From contig JBJCIZ010000166.1 of the NCBI GenBank assembly GCA_051294375.1, forward strand, positions 1 through 26,792: 26,792 nt of DNA. The letters are read 5' to 3'. This document shows, in pieces, positions 13,251 to 22,482 of this stretch. This DNA is from Paraspadella gotoi. Lineage: Eukaryota; Animalia; Chaetognatha. The notes below the pieces were generated by a model. The model was given only the letters and a program-made list of their open reading frames with translations. It was not told the DNA's origin and did no database searches. A program made the position numbers and the translations under genes. Every line of letters begins with the position of its first letter. Position 1 is the stretch's first letter.

Positions 13251-13770
13251 ACCGTTGCCGTCCGCGGAAATACCGCGGGCCAACTTTCGCTACGATCAAA
13301 GATTTCGTAAGTTGCCGTACATTAAAGTTCGCTGAGCGGGCGATTCTGTCCTTCTATTTGCGTCGTGTCATCCGGGAGGTTATTTTGTTCTCATACGCTG
13401 TCACTTCATAAATTGATTTTTTACTATCTTTTTTTCGACATGGCGGACTTTAACCTTAGGTAAAATAGTTATTTTGAAAAAATATTTACTTCTTTCTACG
13501 ATTTATCGGAAGCTCTTTTCATAGGGTTTCTGCTGACATGCTTCTTTCAATGATTTAAAGTCGACATACTGGAATACAGTGGCATGCAGATGACAGCATC
13601 ATTTTCTCAGTACTTTCTTTCCTTTAAGTTCCAAATTTTCATCTTTAAGGTCCTGGGTTAACTAGGGTTAAACGAAATTGAACCTTGGATGGTATTTAAT
13701 AGTCAGGAGTATTTCCCATTTATTACCCCCTGTTGCGGTTTTTTGCGGTTTTTCCATTTAAGAAAGAAAT

Positions 13771-14456
13771 AACGCAACTAATTTCAAAGGTGCCGACAAA
13801 GCTCTGCGCGACGCTTTCAAAGAGTGGAACCGGAATGATCATGATAAAAAATTTCACTGTCTTGGCTTCGACTGGGATTTCGCGCCGCCTCTCACGCCGC
13901 ATTATGGAGGTGTTTGGGAGAGGTTGGTCCGCTCGGCAAAGCGGCATCTTTACGCTCTTCTTGGTGACCGGCCGCTGTCGATGGAGACGTTTCGCACCGT
14001 CATCACCGGCGCCGAGGAATCATCAACCGGCGCCTTTAACGCGATTAAGCAGCGATGCTAAAGATCTTTTACCTTTAACGCCAGCCGACATTATATATCC
14101 GGGATTCGCGATCGGAACGACGCCGTCGTCTTACCACCGTCTCCGTCTTCCGGCGATTCATTGCGTTTGGAGTATAAGCAAGCGTGGGATCTAATTTCTC
14201 AATTCGAGCGACGCTTTCTCGCGCGACTATTTACCTAGTCTCCAACGCCGCGAACGTTGGCAAACTACGCTTCCGGATCTCAAGGTCGGCCAGCTCGTCC
14301 TCTTGTTGACGAAACCAAGTCGAGAGCGAGTGGAGGCGGCGTTATCGAAAGGGTGCATGCACGACACGTACGTGGGCGCGCGCGTTCGTGCGGACCGAAT
14401 GGAAAAAATTTTGAACGCGATCGATCTAAATCGTCCGTTTGGAATTAGATGAGTGA
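13771..14456 (+). pseudogene. BEL/Pao integrase catalytic core C-half and C-terminal domain; pol stop TGA at 14454-14456
   Basis: Manual translation from 13771 gives NATNFKGADKALRDAFKEW...FDWDFAPPLTPHYGGVWERLVRSAKRHLYALLGDRPLSMETFRTVITGAE. After frameshifts it continues PLTRLSSDAKDLLPLTPADII, RDYLPSLQRRERW...LKVGQLVLLVDE and ends RLELDE*. Confidence 0.9.
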
Positions 14457-16127
14457 AAGTTAAAAAAATACATACTCATCCCTCAAAGAACTAAAACTCT
14501 TGTGGACTATTTATTCCATTATGCTGATATTTTTCATTTTATTGCTATGCATAACCGAAATTATTCTTTTACAGAGGCTTCGGCCAAAAAAAGAAAATTC
14601 GTTTTTCCCAAATTTGCTTATTTTTCGCTTCGACTGAATTTCTCCTATAGGGACTGTACCTGACCAGAAATTCTGATTAAATTATTTTTCAGATTTGAAT
14701 TTTTTGATTATTTATTTTTACTGTTTAAGACAATGTTTTCTTCAGATTCTGTTTTGTTTTGGTTAGTACATTATTTTAAGAATTTATTTTATTATTTTAA
14801 GTGGCTGGAAGTAGGTTTTTTAAAAAATATTTAATTTATTTATTTTCGATTTTCGTAAGTGCAACCCCTACTCGAAATTTTTTGTTCAGATTTTGGCAGT
14901 AAAAAATGAAATTTTCGAATTCTTCTCATTTGGCTAATTTTTTATGTACCGATTTCACATTTTATAGTAAGATCAAAATGGGATTTTGGTGTACAGTCGT
15001 AATCGTTTATGCCGATTTTATTTGCGTTTTCAGTTTTTATCGTACGTCATCGCGGGCTTGTTATTTTGGATGTTTCGCGATTTTTTTGAAATTTTTATTT
15101 TGGAAAAAAGAAAAAATATTTTTATTATTTATTGCCTCATTTGCATAACGGGTTTTCAATATGGACGTCGCGGTATTGTCGCTTCGTTCTTTGTTTTCCT
15201 CCCTTTTTTTCCAGGTTTGAGACCGTCCTTGTCGAGTTACTCCAAGGTTTAAAACGGGAACAAATCTTTGAATTTTTCAAAGCTTCAAGATACAAGCCTC
15301 CACCAGTGAAAAAGGTGTCTTTGGGTGCGCGTTCCGGTGCCGAGGTCGGCGACGCGTTCAGCCCCGGCTTCAGAATTTTCTGCTGCGCCTGCGTCGTCGC
15401 CGCGGGAAGTCTTGCGCCCATTATTGGCCGCTGGCGTCCTGCGAGTTAGCGATTGCGCGTGGTGGTCCGAACGTTGCTCCGGCACCTGTAATTAGTGGCG
15501 CTCTGCATCATGGTCGCTCCTGTTCAGCAGGCCAGTCCGGTTACCGCCGGCGGCGGCCAATTGGCGGACAAGGGGACAGAAAAAGAAAGATCGGCTTTTC
15601 GTGTTGAAGGCGTCGGCGGCGCCAAGCGATGCAGCTTCGGCTTCCGCTTTGGCTAGCGTCTGGTCTTTTCCGGAAGTCTGACAACTTTTGGCGTCACCTT
15701 AGATCCGATATTTGGCAAGTTGCATGAGAAGTGCTAGAGGCGGTTGTAGTGCTGCGCCCGGAAGTGAACATGATCTTGGAGAAGACGTTCAAGCGCCGGG
15801 GTTGTATGAGCATGCGTCTGATGGGCTGGCGGAGTCGGCAGCCTTGGCGTGGACGGCGGCATTGCCCCTCCCTCCGGTTCGACTCTGGATGAAGTTGAGC
15901 AACTTTATCTGACGCCAGTTGGAAGTAGAGGTCGCCTGAGCGATTAGTGACGTCGGCTTTTTTAGTCTCGTCTCTCGTCGCCATAGGGTAATGTTTTCGG
16001 GTCGGGTGAAAGGTCGTGTGAGGACAGGCGCGACTGGGAGTCCGGCAGCAGCGTGTGAGGGCGGCGGTGCCATACCAAAGCCCGCTGCTCTCACTATGTG
16101 TTTGTGGGCAGCCTTGGTGCCGTTCCC

Positions 16128-16137
16128 GGCGGGGAGA
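16128..16137 (+). other. Candidate polypurine tract of the BEL element (GGCGGGGAGA); 3' LTR may start at ~16138
   Basis: Purine-rich tract at an abrupt GC-rich to AT-rich transition downstream of pol. It is followed by TAT rather than canonical TGT, and no matching 5' LTR was found. Confidence 0.35.
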
Positions 16138-16858
16138 TATTTTGAGTTTGTTTTATATTTTTTTTTTAAGTTGTTTGCCGGGACGGTTTAGCATACAGCC
16201 CTATCCTCCCTTCTGGAGATATGGGGCTAAAATCTTGTTAAAGCACATAGAATCTGTTTAAAGGTTTGGGGTTTACGGAAGCTCCCTCCCCTGTTAAAAC
16301 CACTGAGCTGTTTAAATATTGGTGGTTAAATGTCACGTGATTTACTTATTTTATTTGGCACATAATAAGTAATATTGCGCGCATTGTGTCGGTCTGAGTC
16401 ATTTTCTCAGTCAGGCATCCTAAACAATTATTAAATGTGCTTATGATAAGATAAAGTCGCAAAAATGTACCTTTGATTATAAATTACCTAGGCTAATTTT
16501 TAATCTGCATTTTTCCGCACACTTGTAAATAATTATAATATTTATTTCTTAATTTTTTATTTCGTGCTCTTTATCTATACAGAACCCAACGGATATAGAG
16601 TATAATGTCGTTGCGATACAAAGGTGTCAGTATCTACATTGGGAATTATGTGCTAGGTATCGACGAACGGATTTCTTCTGTTGCTTACTCTCAGGATATA
16701 ACTGTCGCGCTCGCGTCGGCGATCCACCGTTATCTCTGTCACGGTGAGCACCTCGAAAATAACGGACTCTGTCACGAGAACGAACGCTCGTTAATCTCAG
16801 TCACGGCGGTGTTGAAAAACAGAAAATTTTTTGGGTTATTTCTGAAACGTAAGGCTCC

Positions 16859-16878
16859 AAAAAAAAAAAAAAAAAAAA
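16859..16878 (+). repeat. Poly(A) tract
   Basis: 20 consecutive A. Confidence 0.95.
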
Positions 16879-16910
16879 CAGTTGTGGGATTGCTGAGCAG
16901 GGAAGACCTG

Positions 16911-17330
16911 TGGGGATTCGATCCCTCTTTCTTTGCGTTTCAATAGAAGACTTAATTTGATAAATAAAATAACCATCTCCCGGTCGATCCCGGACTTTTC
17001 AATCCACAAAACGTGGAATTAATGACTAATCATTCTGTAATGTTAATAGATATCCATTTTCCTTTATAACCCATTAACATACAATATTCAAGAACAAAAG
17101 AACATTCTATTTACACATATTTTTGCTAGAGCAACTACATTTTCAGTTTCTATTTGTGGAACCTCTCCAATATATTCCTTGTCTTTGATAAAGCTTTTAT
17201 TCTACAACCAGATATCTTCTTCACTGTTAAACCGTTTATTAAATATTGCTTATTGTTATTAAATGTTTTTATTGATAGTATTACTTGTTGCCTTTTACTT
17301 TTAACGCATATAAATATCTATATGCATTGA

Positions 17331-17367
<37 letters not shown>

Positions 17368-17512
17368 ATTATTTAACAATTACCAAGAATGCATTAGTCA
17401 TTAATCCACCGTTCCGTGGATGAAAAGTCCCGGATCGAATCGGGAGATGTTATTTATTTATGCCAAATAAGTCTTTCTAATTGAAACGCAAAGAAGAGGG
17501 ATCGAATCCCCA
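16911..17512. repeat. Long imperfect inverted repeat (arms ~16911-17046 and ~17373-17512) around an AT-rich spacer; MITE/foldback-like or artefact
   Basis: Left arm TGGGGATTCGATCCCTCTTTCTTTGCGTTTCAAT...GGACTTTTCAATCCAC...AATGACTAAT matches the reverse complement of the right arm ATTAGTCATTAATCCAC...GTGGATGAAAAGTCC...ATTGAAACGCAAAGAAGAGGGATCGAATCCCCA. Confidence 0.9.
17337..17365 (+). repeat. Poly(A) tract
   Basis: 29 consecutive A, inside the inverted-repeat spacer next to the right arm. Confidence 0.95.
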
Positions 17513-20141
17513 AACCGGAATCGACGTATCAAAGTCACGTTTGCTGCTAAAAAATTAATGCGGGGAAATATACCTTAAAATAAAGAAAATATTTTCTAAC
17601 AACACCGAAAAGCCTCAGCCGCGAATAGAAGCGTAATACTGCAAGAGATCCGATAAGTCTCTGCGTACTCGCCCGTCCCAAATCCGCTTGTCGACGCGAA
17701 AGATAAGAGGACGAATTAGTCCAAGATATTTCGGCGATTTTAAATCGATCGAGTTTTTAAATTTCGATTCTCTTTCGTTTCGTCGTCTCGGGGATTCTTC
17801 TCGCTTTCGAATCGTATAAAGTTCCCCGCCGCCTTGGGGTTGATACGAAATTTCCAAAGGCGTCTTCGTCTCCTACGCGGCCGCCTTCCTTCGAGTCGAA
17901 GAATGTTCCTTTTTGGGTGCCCGGGGGAAAAAAGTTTTGAAAAAAATTACCCCCCGTTTTTTCCCCGACTAGTAGTGAGGCGACGGCGACGGCGGCGCAA
18001 CTTAAGAAGGAATGACGTACGCGGTGGTTGGTGTCTCCCAGACCGCGCTTCCACGCGACCACACCCTGCCACGTTCCCATCCTTCGATCAACGCGGCCCC
18101 ACGATCCGCATCGTGATTGGCTTCTTTTGAGAAAATGACCTCGTGGGAACCGCGGCTTCCGAACCCGGCCTGAGCCGATGAGCCGGGCCTATCGAGATTT
18201 CTCCGTCGCCTGTCGCCACCCAACCTTCGTTTCTATTATCCCAGAAAGGATAGGTTTTTGCGGCCGAAGTCGAATTTTCGATCCGACGAGGAATCGAGGC
18301 TTGGGCGGGCTGAAGCTAGGGAATCTAAGCGCACGATGGCAATCGTTCAAACGGCGGAAGAGCAACCGCAGCTCGGTCGAAGAGGCTAGAAGGCGAATCT
18401 GCGTTAGATTGTAACTTTGTGGAACGTAGTTGAGCCGGATCGAGTTGATCGAGAGTTTGGGTAATCTTCGAAGAGACGACCTCTGGGGGGCGGTAACGGA
18501 GCGACGGCGGCTGTGACGATGACGCCGGATCCACCATCCGTCGCGAATCGACGAGATGCGGCGTCCGACGCGGAGGTTCCGCCAGTTAGTGGGAATCACA
18601 AAGACAACGGTAGAACGATGATCGGATCCGGAACGCACGAAAGGAGACGAAAACGGAAAGTCGAGCTCTCGCCGACGACGCCGTATCCGATGCGTACAAC
18701 AGACGACGATGGCGTGAACGTCGCCGCACCGCCGAGAATTCGCGGTGCCGCTCTCGATAACGCTTCCCAAAGGGCAACGCGACCAAAGAGCGTGATCGAT
18801 CCACAAAAACGCGACCGGAGCGGCGCTTCGTTTCGCCACTGCACGTCCGACGACGGAAAATGAAAACAGCCGAACAGATCGGGGGCGGACAACATTCTTT
18901 GGTACGCGGAAGACGACGAAGTCGCGCCGAGCGAGTCAACGAGGGCGTTGACGACAGAGCGGGTCGAGGTACGATCGACGGGAACGAGGACACGTCACCG
19001 AAGGTGACTCCGTCTGACGAAACGGACCCGTCAGGCGTAACGACTGCTCCTCCTCGTAATGCGGTCGTCCTCGCTGTAGACGAAGGCGGAAGGCGAACCG
19101 GGGACGCGGCCGCGTGGAAGGAGCGCGTCCGCCTGGGACGGGACGAAGCGTGCGAGGCGAGCCGATGATCAAGAGGAAGGGCGCGAACACCAAAGGCGGA
19201 AAATCGGCGCCATTCCCCATCGAATTCGCATAGTTTTTGTCTTTTTTGGGGAAATTTATTTTGACTTTGTCTTTTATCCTCTAACTCATTCTCTCTCTTA
19301 GACGACGATCGAACCTCGGCCGAGTTTTTCGTCGACGAATCCTAACTTTCGCCTAGTGGGCATTTTTTTTGGAGGGAGATTGCTAATTTGATGACGGAGG
19401 AAATAACAAAGGAACGGTTTGGGTGTTATCCCTTTTTTCTTTTATTTTATTTTTTTAAGTTTTAGTTTTGAGGTTTACTTTTCCATTTATTGTATTTAAT
19501 CCAACGAAAAAATAAAAAAAAAACTTTTCCGAATTTTCTTCCGCAATCGTGTCTTAAAGGCGGAAGAAAAAAACGATCGAAGGAAATATTTTGCGATCGA
19601 ATTTGAGGGGAATGAAAAAAAATTACGAGGGAGAGAGAAGAGAGTAGTAGTACGAGAAGGAAATTTTCTGATGATGCGAGAAATAAGAAAGAGTCTCTTC
19701 CCGATTTATTGCTTAACCCCTATAAATTCTCGCACATTCGTAATTCAAAAAAAAATTGAAATTTCAAAAAAAAAACAAAATGTCTCGAAAAAATCGAGGA
19801 AAAAGTCGAAGGAAGAGAGAAGATCGATGAGGACTCGAAAACCCGAGACCGTAACGGAACAGACTGACGAACTCACCGACGATCGTCGACGTCAGAATCG
19901 AGCCAACCAAAGGACAAATTCGCCGAGACGGGGCCGCAGCACGGCAACGCGATGAACGACGACCAACGCTGCCGGACCGACCCCGTCCGACGCGGCGACG
20001 CCGGCCGGAGTTTGACAATCACAACCACACCCCTTCCCCCAACTCACCATCACAAATACCGATTCTTATCCGTAGATTTACCGACTTGACTGATAGGCTA
20101 ATACGTTATTCGAATCGATGTGAATCAATGTTAGGCCAGAA

Positions 20142-20200
20142 CTCTATCTCTCTCTCTCACCTAATCTGCTCTTTCTCTCTCTCTTTCTCTCTCACTCTCA

Positions 20201-20233
<33 letters not shown>

Positions 20234-20236
20234 CTC
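20142..20236. repeat. Imperfect (CT)n microsatellite
   Basis: Interrupted runs of CTCTCT seen directly. Confidence 0.95.
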
Positions 20237-20921
20237 CCCCACCCCTTCTCCGCTTCCCTCTTCAAATCCTAATGCCCGTCTCTCGCTCTCATGGACGCAG
20301 ATAAGGAAGAAATGCAGCACGCATGATTCCAATGGGGAATGCATTTTGGACGACTCAGTTTGGAAATTCAGCTTTGAAATCCGAGAGGATTGTTCGAGTT
20401 CGAAAGAAACCACGAATCATTCGTTCGCTTCGGAATGTTGATTCGAACATTTTTTAGAGAGCTTGTTACAGAGGACAAAAATATTCCTTACACTTTTGTC
20501 ATGTTCTCTTTTGTAATCTTTTAATCTCTTTGCTTAATCTCTAGTTACCAATATGACAAATTTAAAATAGAGCTTCCTTCAAGTACCCAATTTTTTTTTA
20601 TGCGCAGTTTACTTTTTTGCAATGATGATAGTCATAGCTAGTCCAATATGATCTTAAGAGTGTTATTGTTAAATTGCTAAATACGTATACACTTAATTCT
20701 CAAAATAATTGTTTTTTCAATATCAGTATCTAGGCCTAAAATCGAGTCAATATCCTAATTTTCTTTATCATATCACAGTTATATCTAACATATTAAATAA
20801 AAAAAATAATAATCATAATGAATAATATAAATAGCTAAAAATAGAATTGTTAACGATGAAGGATAAAATCCTCAATTTTTTCAAGTCTGAAAGAGAGGAA
20901 GCGTAAAAATAAAGTGGTATT

Positions 20922-21029
20922 GGTAGTAATAGAGGTAGAAGTAGTAAATTAATTACTATATATCCCGTAGTAGTATTAATAGTAGTATAGTAGTAGTTAG
21001 TAGTAATAGTAGTATCGTAAGTAGTAGTA
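20922..21029. repeat. Imperfect (TAG)n/(GTA)n microsatellite
   Basis: Degenerate GTAGTAGTA repeats seen directly; they produce the T/Y-rich spurious ORFs on the minus strand. Confidence 0.85.
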
Positions 21030-22283
21030 ACATTTAATGGACGGAGGAAGACCAATTTCTGTTATTTTATACAATTTCATTTTTTTTTTTCGTAATCGAT
21101 CCTTGATCCAGTTATAACACGACGAAAAAAGGACATTGTACTTTTCTCCACGCTCGGTAAAATATATATTAGATAGGGAAGCCAGGTACGTCTGGGAGTG
21201 AATAAACGAGACGTGAGAGAGTCCTGAATAAAATCTTAGGGACCTGTATGTCATTATCCTTGTAAGAGTGATGGAGGCCTTAACCACCAAAGCTGTCCAA
21301 AAGTCAGGGCAAGATAGCTTATTTATTAAATGAATGGATAATTTTATATTGGTTGTACCATTTCATAGCAACGGATAAATTTACAGCGAGCGGTGTTCAA
21401 TTTGTTTCCAAAACACAATCTAAATTAAAAGAAGTGTCACTGATGAACGAATTCGTTTTAAATAACAAAATTTGAAGCAAATCCTTAATTAGTTACGAAG
21501 TCAAAATTAAATTTAAACATTTACCAATCTAACCAAAAAGTATATCACTAATTGGTTTAAAAAGTTTATTTATTAAATAAAAAATAATAAAACATAGGTA
21601 AAATCATGCTCAATATTTGGTAATGCCCTCTTTTGGAATCAACTGTATTCGCCAGGCATCGCTTTCGTACAGCGAATTGAGGTATTGACTATAAGATATT
21701 TTTTCACACTTTAAGCGCGATTCTTTTCAGCCCCAAACCGCCAATGTTACACGTCTAAATCATCTCTCACAAGTTAGTTCTTTATATAGAGGGTTTTTGT
21801 GCGGATCAACCGGTATGAAGCGAAACGGTCGCCACTGGGCGTCAAGCTAAGAGGGAAAGACGTTGACCGGAAATGGGAGACGTTGACGTTGGCGTAGTTC
21901 TCAGGGCGCCGTTAGTTTATTGTTTATTAAATAAAAATTGTCTCTAACCAACTTGCTTGGTTAATTATAAAAAGCAACCTTAATAAAATAATCAAAGCAT
22001 AATAGAATATTCAGTTGCTTTTGCAGCAAGCAGCTATACATCTATATGCACAACAATAGCAAAATAAAGCATTAACACGTAATAAAAGCATCATAAACCT
22101 TATTTGTAGTTCATTTGACATTCTTTTCCTTGAAGAGAGAAAGAGAATAAGAGAATTAGTTACAATAGTGAAACATATGTTGAGATAGCTACTGCAATCT
22201 ATCTGTTATAATTTGTTGTTTCATTTGTTTAACTATATTAAGTAACATGCTACTTAAGATAATAGTTATTGGAATATCTATAT

Positions 22284-22482
22284 TGTATCTGCTGTGTGGC
22301 GCATGCCACTCAACATTCATTGCCGCTCCCAAGGTCCGAGATCGAATCTCGGGAGTGTTTGTCTTTTGTTATAGTTTGATTTAATTAAGGATTTGATATT
22401 TACAAGTTAGAGATAAAGTCTTCATTCCATAGTTGCTACTCGCCCGATATCCCGACTGGTAAGTTCCGGGTTCCAGCCTACA
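22284..22482 (-). repeat. 3' LTR of the Gypsy element (~199 bp, TGTA...TACA)
   Basis: Starts TGTAGG directly after the PPT, contains ATTAAA, and ends in ...CAGATACA before AT-rich flank. The distal end is inferred from the 4-bp terminal inverted repeat only, because the 5' LTR is not in the window. Confidence 0.6.

Larger units (their letters stand above)
5665..16137 (+). mobile_element. BEL/Pao (Belpaoviridae) LTR retrotransposon, internal region; heavily frameshifted, with a duplicated internal segment; 5' end/5' LTR not identified
   Basis: Domain order Gag Zn-knuckles - protease - RT - RNase H - integrase read across frames, with BEL-diagnostic motifs (SLNDQLLTGPDL, FGAKSSP, FDPMG..P, HIFCDAS, WTDS, DIASRG, FTCLYSRAVHLE, PHYGGVWERLV). 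The 3' boundary is set at a candidate PPT and is uncertain. Confidence 0.93.

Noticed and set aside
6346-13411. Programmed frameshifting or RNA editing to explain the many BEL frame changes
   Set aside because: The indels fall at different positions in the overlapping renderings of the same sequence, as expected from sequencing error or neutral decay.
16885-16930. tRNA or tRNA-derived SINE (A-box-like TTGCTGAGCAGG, T-arm-like GGGATTCGATCCC)
   Set aside because: The boxes are too close together, no cloverleaf can be drawn, and the hairpin is simply the end of the inverted-repeat arm.
18513-19168. Operon-like coupled ORFs with an ATGA stop/start overlap
   Set aside because: Eukaryotic context, low-complexity products, no ribosome-binding or domain support; chance in GC-rich DNA.
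20086-21290. ORFs rich in LSLS, ERER, TTYY
   Set aside because: Translations of the (CT)n and (TAG)n microsatellites.
21855-21900. Three GACGTTG motifs with CCGGAAAT as a promoter or repeat array
   Set aside because: Too short and irregular to be an array, and no associated gene or transcription evidence.
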